DNA of 64,000 nt from a virus. The translations under genes and the position numbers were made by a program. The stretch covers positions 1-64,000 of IMG/VR virus record IMGVR_UViG_3300022391_000001, one strand, 5' to 3'. The first letter of the stretch is position 1, and each line of letters begins with the position of its first letter. This document shows, piece after piece, positions 55,319-64,000 of the stretch. The notes under the pieces are model-generated. The model was not told the origin of the DNA. It searched no databases and worked only from the letters and a program-made list of their open reading frames with translations.

Positions 55319-56010
55319 CGGTCCCACGCCGCGCTGTCCCATTTGTCTTCATCGTCATCGTCACCGGCGCTGGCTTTGGCCTCCATGATCTCCTTGGTCG
55401 CCTTTTTTCGCCACGACACATCGGGCTTGTATCGTTCCAGATAATTCAGAATGTGCCCAAGACGGATGTCAGCGTTGTCCCGCTCGGTGCGAGCGGCGTC
55501 CAGCTCCGATTCCAATTCTGTCACCCTGATGGCCGCGCCAGCGCTATCCTGGATGGCCTGTCTCAAGCTCTGCTCCACCACCGGCAACACCGCCATATGG
55601 ACTGCTGCGTCTGTTGCCGACGGCGGCAACACCTCCGGCGGCGGCGGAGCTTCCGGTGTCTTGGGCGGCGTGGAGGGCTCGTGAACTGCCCTGCCCATCA
55701 GAGTCCCGGTGACTGCTGTGTCGCTCATTTGCAGTTCCAAACCGCCCTGCTCCAAAGCCAATCCCAACGCAGCCCAACAACGGCGCCACACTTCCAACCC
55801 CTTGTTCCAATTGAACGTGTGAATCCGCCCGTTGGTGGAGCGGCCAACCCCTCCGGCTCCGCCGGAGCCGTCGGAGTACACCGACTGAATCGCGTCAGTC
55901 AGCCCCTGCCACTCCCGTGGTTCCAGCGCTGGGCCCAACTGCTCGATGCTTATCCGCATATGGTCCGAGCCCTGTTCAGGGCTGGCAACCAATTGTCTAA
56001 CTGTCATCAT
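55315..56010 (-). CDS. Hypothetical protein with coiled coil
   Basis: Coupled ORF; start uncertain. Confidence 0.55.
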   Translation of the reverse strand: MMTVRQLVASPEQGSDHMRISIEQLGPALEPREWQGLTDAIQSVYSDGSGGAGGVGRSTNGRIHTFNWNKGLEVWRRCWAALGLALEQGGLELQMSDTAVTGTLMGRAVHEPSTPPKTPEAPPPPEVLPPSATDAAVHMAVLPVVEQSLRQAIQDSAGAAIRVTELESELDAARTERDNADIRLGHILNYLERYKPDVSWRKKATKEIMEAKASAGDDDDEDKWDSAAWDR

Positions 56011-56188
56011 AATCCACCTTCGCTCCGCAATCAGAACAATAATATTCCACCCGTTGCGATGTCTCTTGAAGCTCCAAAGCCAATCGTTCCCCATCGGTCT
56101 CAATCTGGCTGCGCGTCCCGATGATGATCCGTTTCTCGGGCGGTTCAATCGTCCCACAGTGTTCACAATATGCCCATGGCTGACTCAC
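55997..56188 (-). CDS. Small zinc-ribbon protein
   Basis: CEHC...CSDC. Confidence 0.5.
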   Translation of the reverse strand: MSQPWAYCEHCGTIEPPEKRIIIGTRSQIETDGERLALELQETSQRVEYYCSDCGAKVDYDDS

Positions 56189-58143
56189 ATCCGCACCTCC
56201 AGTCTGCTGACGCCACCCTCCTTGGTTACCCACGCGGTGTGCTCGAACACCTCCCCAACCTCAGCTTCGTGGCTGATCACAAATATGGTGCCACGCTCCG
56301 CGCGCAAGGACTGAAGCAGCGTCAATACTCGTTGGCATCCCTCTGCGTCCAATCCGTCCAGCACTTCATCGAGCATCAACAAATCTACATGGCCCCCTTC
56401 TCGGGTCGCCACGAGGTCCATCAGGGCCAAGTCGGTTGCAACCTCCATCTTTTTGAGCTGCCCACCGCTTGGCGGATAGTTATCCTCCAACCCCTCAACG
56501 TCCCACTGGATGTCGATCTCATCCCGATACTCGCCCTTGGCTGACTTGAGCTCCCGCTGGGTGGCGAAGCGCATTGTGATGTCGCCGTCGGCCAGCGTCT
56601 CCAAATAGTGGTTGGCCCGATCTGTTATGTAAGGCATCACTTCATCGAGGATGAACGATGACAACCCTTGGCCCGAGAAGCCCCGCACCCAAAACTCATG
56701 GTGGGCGAGGTCTTGAGACACCAGGACACTTTGCGAGCGGAGCTTCATCAGCTCCGCCTGGTATTCTTCAATCTTGGCCTTGGCGGTGGCCAGTGCCCCG
56801 TCAAAGGGATTCTCACACGCCATGATCCGCTTGATCTGCTCAACGTGCTCCTTGGCCATCGCAACGGCGTGCTTCGCTTCGCCGACGCGCCGTTGCTGCT
56901 CTTGCTCCAGGCGTTCCCGGCGCAAGCGAGCGGCGGAAATTCTCTGGTTGATCGCGTTCAGTCGGCGAAGGCATTCAGATGCTTCGGCGGCGGCGGAGCG
57001 ATAGCGCTTGCGCATCTTCTGGATGGATGCCATAGCGTTGTGGTGGTTTTCTATCTGTTCTGTGCACTTCGCCGCCTTCACAGATGCCTCTTGGAGTGCT
57101 TCGGATAGCTCCCGGCGGTGCTCTTGGACGTGCTCCGAGGTCAACGGCGTACTACAGACCGGACACACCTCGCCATCGAGCGCTTCCAATGCTTCAGTCT
57201 TGGCCGCCACCGTCGCTCGATGCTGGGACTCCATCCTATGCGCCTTGTCCCGCCGACGCTCCAGCTCGTCCAGATCGAGGTCCAGCTTGTCTATCTGCTC
57301 TTCAGCTCCGTCGGATTCTGTGATCTTGGCTCTGAGCTCTTCAGCCTTGGCCTCCAGTGCGTCCGTGTCGGTTTCCTCTGTGTCCTCCGGCTGCCCCGCT
57401 AACAGCTCCTGCGCCTTTTGCTTCAGCCCCTGGACCTTGACCTTCAGCGAGTCAACCTGCCTTTCTCGGTCATTCTCCCACTCTTCTCGCTGTGACTCCA
57501 ATTCATTGAGATCGTGCTCATCTATCCGCCACTGGTAGCCCTCCGCTGCCCTCTCAATCTCATCCAGACTCCGCTTCAGCTCTGTGCGCTTCTCGCGCAC
57601 ACGCTCGTGACACTGCTTGAGGATGTCCGTGCGCAAGATCTTGTGCAACATTTCCTTGCGGTCGACATCCTTGGTCCGAGGGTCGGCGAAGCGTGCCGAA
57701 TCGTTCTGGCCATACATCACCGTGTTCTTGAAGGCCAAGAAGTCCAGCCCCACCATCTCATTGATCTTGTGCTGCAGCGCGTCCCTGGAGCCCGAGAAGG
57801 GCTTGCCGTCGGGCTGAATCAGTTGGAGCTTGGGCGCACCCTTGGTCCGAGCCCGCTCCACCGTCCAGTATTGCTCCGGCTGCTCGAACATCCGCACACG
57901 CACCGTTGCTCGGGTCGCCCCCCGACGGATCACCCGGTCGCCCGCTTCCCCGTCGATGGATTGGCCCCACAGCCCCCATCCCAGAGCTTTGAGCAAGGTG
58001 GACTTGCCCGAGCCGTTGCTCTGGGATGACTCGGTGTCCAGATTGGTCCCGCCCAAGAATATCAACCCTTGGCGGTGCAGAGGCAGCGTGGCGGCGGCGA
58101 AGCTCCCGAAGTCAGTCAGCTGAACATCATACAGGTCCATCAT
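56185..58143 (-). CDS. SbcC/Rad50/gp46-like ATPase
   Basis: NGSGKST, Q-loop YGQ, zinc hook CPVC, signature PSGGQ, LMLDE..DGLD, VISH. Confidence 0.93.
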   Translation of the reverse strand: MMDLYDVQLTDFGSFAAATLPLHRQGLIFLGGTNLDTESSQSNGSGKSTLLKALGWGLWGQSIDGEAGDRVIRRGATRATVRVRMFEQPEQYWTVERARTKGAPKLQLIQPDGKPFSGSRDALQHKINEMVGLDFLAFKNTVMYGQNDSARFADPRTKDVDRKEMLHKILRTDILKQCHERVREKRTELKRSLDEIERAAEGYQWRIDEHDLNELESQREEWENDRERQVDSLKVKVQGLKQKAQELLAGQPEDTEETDTDALEAKAEELRAKITESDGAEEQIDKLDLDLDELERRRDKAHRMESQHRATVAAKTEALEALDGEVCPVCSTPLTSEHVQEHRRELSEALQEASVKAAKCTEQIENHHNAMASIQKMRKRYRSAAAEASECLRRLNAINQRISAARLRRERLEQEQQRRVGEAKHAVAMAKEHVEQIKRIMACENPFDGALATAKAKIEEYQAELMKLRSQSVLVSQDLAHHEFWVRGFSGQGLSSFILDEVMPYITDRANHYLETLADGDITMRFATQRELKSAKGEYRDEIDIQWDVEGLEDNYPPSGGQLKKMEVATDLALMDLVATREGGHVDLLMLDEVLDGLDAEGCQRVLTLLQSLRAERGTIFVISHEAEVGEVFEHTAWVTKEGGVSRLEVRM

Positions 58144-59312
58144 CCACCCCTTGCAGCGGCCAGAGTCTCACGCCCGATGCGCTTCAGCTCCCCAACATCG
58201 AGGTCCCCAGTCACCACCCCGGCAGCGTCCACGTATCGTGCGATGGCGGCGTCCAGCGTCGGCGCCGTCGCCATCTGCTTGCTGTCCGTGTCCCCTTCCA
58301 ATCGGACCTTGTGGTGATAGATCGGCTTGTGCTTCGCCGATGCCTTGATCCCTGTCGATTGAAGAGCGTCGCAAATCGCCTTGACCTTGGGCTTCAACGT
58401 CGCCCAATCAGCGTTGGTACACGCAACCTCAAGACGCAGATAATCACCAGCTTCAATCTTGTTGGACTTGACGTATCCAGCTACAGTGGCAGGCTCAAAC
58501 TTGTTGCCCATCCCCGTCGCCTTGTAGAAGCGGGGCATCTTGGGCTCGATGTACTGGCCCTCTGCTCCGCCCTGGTTGAACTCGATCAACCAATAGCCCG
58601 CTTCGCGGCCCACATCCCCGTAGTGGTGATGCATTGGCGCGCCGAGATACAGCCCTTGGGCGTCGGCGCCGAAGCGCTGGCGGTCGTGAAAGTGCCCGGA
58701 GTACACCTGATCGAAGCCCTCCGTCACCTCATCAGCTTCCAACCCGTCGTCACAGGTCCACTGGAGATGGGTGCACCCGAGGATGGAGTTGTGCATGAGC
58801 AGCACGTTATGCTGATCGGGGTCCAGTCGGGCTCGGATCTCCGCCAACCGCTCCCGAGTGTCCTCCACCGGCATGTACTCCACAGGCCAGAAGCGAAGCC
58901 ACGTGTCAAACTCGAATGGTTCCCCGGTCTTGAACACCCGGATGTTGTCCCGGCGCATCCGGCCAAATGCCTCCACCGTGAAGCGTCCACCTCGGACGCT
59001 GTTGGCGTCGTGGTTCCCCGGCAGGATGTACACTGGCTGATCCAACGCGGTGACCGCTTCCACCGTGTGGGTCAGCGTCACGGCGTCGATCAGAGCCTTG
59101 TCGAATAAGTCCCCAAGGACAAACACCGCGTCCACATTGGAGGCGTCGGCGCAACGCTTCATCTCGTCCCAAAGGCGCAGCTGGTCCTCCAGCCTGTCGG
59201 TCATCCCGTTCTGAGTGGGCTTGGCGTAGGGCAGCCGGTTGGACATATGGATGTCTGCGACCATCAACGCCCTGAACACGGATGGGCTCAAGGAGCTGTC
59301 CCGCTTTGCCAT
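58140..59312 (-). CDS. SbcD/Mre11/gp47-like nuclease
   Basis: ADIH, LGDLFD, PGNHD, LMH, SGHFH. Confidence 0.93.
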   Translation of the reverse strand: MAKRDSSLSPSVFRALMVADIHMSNRLPYAKPTQNGMTDRLEDQLRLWDEMKRCADASNVDAVFVLGDLFDKALIDAVTLTHTVEAVTALDQPVYILPGNHDANSVRGGRFTVEAFGRMRRDNIRVFKTGEPFEFDTWLRFWPVEYMPVEDTRERLAEIRARLDPDQHNVLLMHNSILGCTHLQWTCDDGLEADEVTEGFDQVYSGHFHDRQRFGADAQGLYLGAPMHHHYGDVGREAGYWLIEFNQGGAEGQYIEPKMPRFYKATGMGNKFEPATVAGYVKSNKIEAGDYLRLEVACTNADWATLKPKVKAICDALQSTGIKASAKHKPIYHHKVRLEGDTDSKQMATAPTLDAAIARYVDAAGVVTGDLDVGELKRIGRETLAAARGG

Positions 59313-60385
59313 CGCTTGTACAGCTCCTTGTGTATGGCATCCCGCTTCTCGGTGTCCTTTTTCAGCGCCTTGGCGGCGGCAGGGAGCCCCTGGCCGCCCA
59401 ATTTCTCGCCCTTGTATTCATAGGCGTTGCCCGCCTTTTTGATGATCCCGTCGGCCACGCCCTGGGCGACCAGAGCTTGCTCCTGGTTGATCCCGTGACC
59501 ATAGTCAATCAGCACTTCCGCCTTGCGAAACGGCGGCGCAATCTGATTCTTCTTGCATTCAACCACAAGTTTATTGGCCACCTTCTCGCCGTCGGAGTCC
59601 TTGTTGGTCGCCACACGCCGGACATCCAGGAGTAGGCTCGCATAGAATTTGGGCGCGTTGCCGCCGGCAGTCTCGGTGTCATTGCCAAACATCACCATCT
59701 TCTTTCGCACCTGGCTGATCCACAGAAGGGCCACATCTTCTTTGGACACCTTGGGCATGAGCTTCGGTAACAGCTCCGAGTAGACTCGTGCCTGCGGCGC
59801 CATGTGCTTGTCCTCCCACTCGCCCTCATACTGCGCCTTGGTGATGGCCGCGTTCATCGAGTCCAACACGATGAGGATTGGGATGCGTTCCCCGCCCTTG
59901 CGCAGCTCCGCCGCTCGCTCGATGACCCCTTCACACGTCGCAAACACCGACTCCAAGTGCGGCGGCTGGGCTAGCACCAATTGATCAATGTTCACCCCGA
60001 TGGCCCGAGCGTAGTCAGGGTCCAGCTTGTACTCTTTGTCGATGTAGACTGCCACCCCTCCGAGCCGCTGCGTCTCAGCGACGATGTGCAGCGCAAGCGT
60101 GGTCTTGCCGGAGCCCTCCATGCCGTGGAGCAGCGTGAGACGGGAGCGTGGGATGCCGCCGCGTCCAATGGCCGCGTCGATGGTCGCGCACTGTGTGGAG
60201 ATGACGCCCCGGATCTTGATGGCTAGCCCATCGCTCCCGAGCAACATGGCGCTATCGTCGCCCAGCTTGGAGCGTATGCTATCCAGCACCCCGGTGGCGA
60301 AGTCTAGCTTGATGGCCGCTTCGCCGCCGGGTGCTTCTGGAGTCGCCACCGCCACCTGCTTCTTGGTGGCAGTCTTCTTTGGCAT
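59288..60385 (-). CDS. recA: RecA-family recombinase
   Basis: GxGGIP, GMEGSGKTTL, YIDKE..LD, IVLDS, QAR, GGNAPKFYAS, KNQIAPPFR. Confidence 0.95.
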   Translation of the reverse strand: MPKKTATKKQVAVATPEAPGGEAAIKLDFATGVLDSIRSKLGDDSAMLLGSDGLAIKIRGVISTQCATIDAAIGRGGIPRSRLTLLHGMEGSGKTTLALHIVAETQRLGGVAVYIDKEYKLDPDYARAIGVNIDQLVLAQPPHLESVFATCEGVIERAAELRKGGERIPILIVLDSMNAAITKAQYEGEWEDKHMAPQARVYSELLPKLMPKVSKEDVALLWISQVRKKMVMFGNDTETAGGNAPKFYASLLLDVRRVATNKDSDGEKVANKLVVECKKNQIAPPFRKAEVLIDYGHGINQEQALVAQGVADGIIKKAGNAYEYKGEKLGGQGLPAAAKALKKDTEKRDAIHKELYKRWQSGTAP

Positions 60386-61581
60386 CAGCCCTTCTTGCCG
60401 CCCTTCTTGCCGCCCTTGGCCTTAGTTTTGGCCTTGTCCTTGCCTTTGCCGCCGGAGATCCGATCCAACTCGGCATCCAGCGCGTCCAGCCCCAAGTCGT
60501 CATCGTCCTGTTTCTTGGTCTTGGACACCACAACTTTCTTGCCCTGCTTCGGCGGCTTCACAGGCTCGGGCTCCGGCTCATCATCATCGTCGCCTTCATC
60601 GTCGCCTTCATCGTCGGCGTCGTCGTCGGCGTCGTCACCTTCATCGTCGTCGGCGTCGTCATCGTCGGCGTCGTCGGCGTCGTCATCGTCGGCGTCGTCA
60701 TCGTCGGCGTCGTCGTCATCGTCGGCGTCGTTCTCATCGTCGTCATCGTCGGCGTCGTCGTTCTCATCGTCGTCGCCGTTCTCATCGTCGTCGTCACCAA
60801 AGGCATCATCGTCGGCGTCATCTAGCTTCACGCCAGAGATCATCGCCTGGATATCCTGTGGAGTCTTGACCATGTTGGCGACCAGCTTAAACAGGTCGCA
60901 ATCGCCATTCTCAGCCATCGCCTTCAGGATCTTCTTGCGCAGCTCCTTGGACAACTTCACAGGCTTCTTGAGGCTTTCGGTGTCAGCCTGGACCTTGTAT
61001 TTGGTGTCATTCTTTCCGCGCCCTTCGCGGCTGATTCTGGCCAATATCGCGGCGTCTGGATCAGTGATGTCGCCGTTGTCAAAGAACAGCTCCATCAACC
61101 CCTCATACACCGTCTTGCCGCACATGAGCACGGCTGGTTTCTCCGGCAATTTCTGCCACGGCTCCGACTTGGCGCGACGATGCTTCAACGGCGTGACGCC
61201 CCACAGAAAACGAGACTGTGGACGAGCGTTGTCTGCCTCTTCATCGCTCAATTGACCCGTCCGAAGTGCTTCAGCCATCGGACACTCCGACGGGAGCTTG
61301 AAGCCCTTTTTCTTGCGCAAAAATGCCTTGACAAATGGATGCTTGATCACCGGGTTGGCGTCGGTGTCCAATGATACCACCATCCCGTTGTTCTTGCCCA
61401 CCCCGAAGTGGACGGTGACGGGCACATAGTTGAGCCCGGCTGTGGGCGGGTGCTCATCGTCATCCCTACAGGGAGGATGGATGTACACCAAAGTGTCCCC
61501 CTCGGGCGGAGCCCAGAAGTCCCCGCCGCGCTGCTGCGCCTCATAGCCCTTGCGCATACGCCCCATATCAACGGCCATCAC
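60385..61581 (-). CDS. Single-stranded DNA-binding protein (gp32-like) with very long acidic tract
   Basis: FW.P.EG, HF, CP, ITDP....ISREGRGKNDTKY.V; position between UvsY-like and RecA genes. Confidence 0.7.
   Translation of the reverse strand: MMAVDMGRMRKGYEAQQRGGDFWAPPEGDTLVYIHPPCRDDDEHPPTAGLNYVPVTVHFGVGKNNGMVVSLDTDANPVIKHPFVKAFLRKKKGFKLPSECPMAEALRTGQLSDEEADNARPQSRFLWGVTPLKHRRAKSEPWQKLPEKPAVLMCGKTVYEGLMELFFDNGDITDPDAAILARISREGRGKNDTKYKVQADTESLKKPVKLSKELRKKILKAMAENGDCDLFKLVANMVKTPQDIQAMISGVKLDDADDDAFGDDDDENGDDDENDDADDDDDENDADDDDDADDDDADDDDADDADDDDADDDEGDDADDDADDEGDDEGDDDDEPEPEPVKPPKQGKKVVVSKTKKQDDDDLGLDALDAELDRISGGKGKDKAKTKAKGGKKGGKKG
60565..60820. repeat. Coding low-complexity repeat (poly-Asp with A/E/N/G)
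   Basis: tcatcgtcggcgtcg-type units repeated over about 250 nt. Confidence 0.9.
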
Positions 61582-61627
61582 TCACTCTCCTTGAACTGGT
61601 GCTGATGTATTCAATCGTCCCGCAGCG

Positions 61628-62140
61628 CTATGCCCGGGCTTTTCTTTTCTGGTTGATTGCACGCATCGCTGATTCCGCGTGCGCCATATCAGGATTCTTG
61701 GCTGCCCTGGGGCGTGTAGACATGCCTGTGGCCTCCAGCTCCGCTCGGGCCATCGCGCCTTTGGATTGGAGCATATTGGCTTTGGTCCTGAATGCCTCAT
61801 AGATGGCGCGGGTGAGTGTGACGTTGCGGGTGGCGGCGGCCAAGCTCTTTTTGATCGTCATGAAGCGAGGGTCCGCTTCAAGAGCCTGCCGCACCTTCCA
61901 CTCCGACATCTTGCCGTCCGCTTCGATCATGGCAGCGCCGGTCTTGGCCCGCCAAGCCCGATACCACGCGTCAGCAGACTTCATCTCCGCTTCGGCTGCC
62001 GCCCAAACGGCTCCCCAGTATGCCATTTTGGCGGCGACCTGATCCATGTCTTTGCTCAGGTCGCCCACCTGCAACTCGACATCCACATTGATGGCGACCG
62101 ATTGGCCGTCCACCTCGATATTGACTTCACCGAAGCTCAT
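61628..62140 (-). CDS. UvsY-like recombination mediator
   Basis: All-helical; AYWG...A, KMSEWKV...LEADPRF, EAFRTKANML; adjacent to SSB and RecA. Confidence 0.65.
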   Translation of the reverse strand: MSFGEVNIEVDGQSVAINVDVELQVGDLSKDMDQVAAKMAYWGAVWAAAEAEMKSADAWYRAWRAKTGAAMIEADGKMSEWKVRQALEADPRFMTIKKSLAAATRNVTLTRAIYEAFRTKANMLQSKGAMARAELEATGMSTRPRAAKNPDMAHAESAMRAINQKRKARA

Positions 62141-62141
62141 C

Positions 62142-62645
62142 TCAGCTCGCTTTCTTGACACCGCCAGACGCTTTGCGCGGGCCACCCTTCGCCTTTGGCG
62201 CCGCTTTGGCTGCCTTGCTGACTTCCTTGGCTGCCTTTGCAGGCTCGGACTTGGGTTGTACCTCGGACTTCACCTCCGCCGGCTCAGTCTTATTGGGCTT
62301 CTTGCCCTTTGGTTTCTTGGTTCCAGACTTCTTGGCCTTTGGCTTCTCGGGTGCTTCAATCGGTAGCTTGGCATTCAGCCACTGCTTGGCACTCGCGTGT
62401 GCGGAGAAATTGAGCACCCACTTGTCACCGTAGGTGATAGAGCCACCCTCCAGGACTGGCGACGTGATCGTGCGGCCCTTCATGAGCTTGCGCTTGAACG
62501 TCCCAAACTTGTGGACTCGCAATTCAGTGCTCTTGGTCAGCAACTCCAACATGACTTCGAACGTCTTTTGAATTTGATCCTTGTGGACGCCAACCGCCTT
62601 GGCGATATCCGACACGCCCAAAATGACCTTTGTATCGTCTGACAT
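62142..62645 (-). CDS. HU/IHF-like DNA-binding protein with Lys/Ala/Pro-rich tail
   Basis: LRVHKFGTFK....GR..SP..G..I......L.FSA; C-terminal KPKAKK repeats. Confidence 0.8.
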   Translation of the reverse strand: MSDDTKVILGVSDIAKAVGVHKDQIQKTFEVMLELLTKSTELRVHKFGTFKRKLMKGRTITSPVLEGGSITYGDKWVLNFSAHASAKQWLNAKLPIEAPEKPKAKKSGTKKPKGKKPNKTEPAEVKSEVQPKSEPAKAAKEVSKAAKAAPKAKGGPRKASGGVKKAS

Positions 62646-62675
62646 GATTCACCTCCTGTTTGTGTCTTTCCTGTC

Positions 62676-64000
62676 TTATGCAGCCCGCGCATGTTTGGCT
62701 GACTTTTTCAGGAGCTTGATCGCACCGTTGTTCAAGAAATATTGCCAACTTTTCCTGTCTTTCTTGCGATCTAGCTGAATTCGGAGATGATTGCCCGCCT
62801 TGATGTGCTTCTTGGCACTCGCGTCCCATGCCGACGCAAAGCAGATCACATCGATGTAGTTGCCAATCCCGTCGATGATGCCAAAAAAGGCCATTTCATT
62901 GCTGTTCTTGTCGTACTTCAACCGCACATGGGTAATGACCCCGGTGAACCAACTGCTCAACCCGAGTTCAAAGAGCTGATTGGTGATCGCGCTGGCGCGA
63001 AGCGTCGTGACCACTTCGCCCTCCGCGCCCTTGTATTTGATCTGCTTGTCGGCCCAAGGGTAGGACACCGACGGGTGCTGGCCTGCTATGATGCGCTCCC
63101 AGACAGTCAGCGGTGCCCCCTCGTTCACCTTCTTGCGGTACACTTCCAGATCCAATAGGAAATGGGCGCGCAAATTCTCATACCGCGCATTGGCCGACGC
63201 GTGAACCACCACCGGGGTCCCAACGCCCGCGTCAACCACCTCACGGAAGTCATCAAAGATGTCAAAGTCAACCTTGATCCGGTTCTGCTTCCCGCCGACA
63301 TCCTCCACGTTGACATTCGCATACCTCGCTCCCCAGAACATGTCCCGCCGCTCTTCAGCAGACGGAAGCTCCCCTGTGTGAAAGTCCCCCACCTGGTTGT
63401 ACTTCACCTCCACAACAACGCCGACGATGAACACTCCGGCTCCGTCGTTGTTCACCCAAAAGTCTTCATCGCTCATGGCGGCGATTGGAACCTTGATGTT
63501 CTTGGAGATGAAGTCCCCGTATGCATCAACTGGATGCTTCCCAAAGGCCAGAGGGTTGACCTGGGACGCGATCAACTGCCGCTCTTCATCGGCATAGTCG
63601 GGCTCCGCCGCCCATTGCTTCAGAAGCTCCCGAAGCCCCTCCTTGTCCTTCTTGTTGTACACCTTCCAGAAGTCTTCAATGCCCTCGATGAACTGCTTGA
63701 TATTGGGCAACATCTCATCGAGCGCTCCCGCGCGGGCCAGCGCCAAGACCACGCCCTTGTGACACTTGCGCCGGTCCACGCGGGCAAGGAAGTCAAACAG
63801 CCCCTTGTAAGGTTGATTCTCCATGATCGTTGTCGCCGCCGCTTCACCAACACCCTTGATGTCAACCAAACTCCCCCGGATGGCCCTGCGTCCCGAGTCA
63901 ATTGCAAACTGCTTCTTGGACATCGACACAGAGGGTGGCAGCAGCTCGATGTCGTGGCGCTTGACATCCTTTGCGATCTGCTGGATGCGGAGCCGCTGCG
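62676..64000 (-). CDS. dnaE: DNA polymerase III alpha subunit (DnaE-like), C-terminal part
   Basis: IELLPPSVSMS...F, L.DIKGVG..AA..I..NQPY..L.DF..R, LARAGALD, HPV, OB fold EMAF; frame open to the window edge. Confidence 0.9.
   Translation of the reverse strand, partial: QRLRIQQIAKDVKRHDIELLPPSVSMSKKQFAIDSGRRAIRGSLVDIKGVGEAAATTIMENQPYKGLFDFLARVDRRKCHKGVVLALARAGALDEMLPNIKQFIEGIEDFWKVYNKKDKEGLRELLKQWAAEPDYADEERQLIASQVNPLAFGKHPVDAYGDFISKNIKVPIAAMSDEDFWVNNDGAGVFIVGVVVEVKYNQVGDFHTGELPSAEERRDMFWGARYANVNVEDVGGKQNRIKVDFDIFDDFREVVDAGVGTPVVVHASANARYENLRAHFLLDLEVYRKKVNEGAPLTVWERIIAGQHPSVSYPWADKQIKYKGAEGEVVTTLRASAITNQLFELGLSSWFTGVITHVRLKYDKNSNEMAFFGIIDGIGNYIDVICFASAWDASAKKHIKAGNHLRIQLDRKKDRKSWQYFLNNGAIKLLKKSAKHARAA

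Noticed and set aside
1-64000. Prophage boundary, integrase, tRNA or rRNA genes
   Set aside because: None recognised by eye; all content is consistent with phage DNA. tRNAscan was not run, and lifestyle and host cannot be determined from this window.

Overview
The window is a 64 kb internal segment of a large, GC-rich tailed bacteriophage with a contractile tail (myovirus-like). Almost all genes lie on the minus strand, and most long plus-strand ORFs in the track are antisense shadows. Reading in the direction of transcription (right to left): (1) a replication/recombination module (64.0-51.9 kb) with a DnaE-type Pol III alpha C-terminus, HU-like protein, UvsY-like mediator, very acidic SSB-like protein, RecA, SbcD/SbcC, RuvC-like resolvase, MazG-like protein, 5'-3' exonuclease and family-4 UDG; (2) an early/accessory region (51.9-29.2 kb) of small genes, with five copies of a conserved TCGACT-N17-TATGAT promoter, an ATP-dependent ligase, a WGR protein, a ~1.5 kb strand-skewed non-coding region, a probable small terminase next to phased T-tract repeats, an HGT-motif ART-fold protein, Tad2- and Acb2/Tad1-like anti-defence sponges, an HNH nuclease and a papain-like lipoprotein protease; (3) a late module (29.1-0 kb) with TerL, portal, MuF, protease, scaffold, major capsid protein, a block of decoration/neck genes, head-tail joining genes, sheath, tube, a tail chaperone with a -1 frameshift, and a truncated tape measure gene. 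The most notable features are a MuF head protein carrying two tandem effector domains (HipA/PI3-4K-like kinase plus R-S-E ADP-ribosyltransferase) followed by two small candidate immunity genes, a prohead protease split across two in-frame ORFs with a nested scaffold start, and a shared W-x-[GE]-V-[LI] C-terminal tag that may target proteins to the capsid. All product calls come from motif recognition by eye; no database search was run. No integrase, tRNA, rRNA or CRISPR array was recognised.
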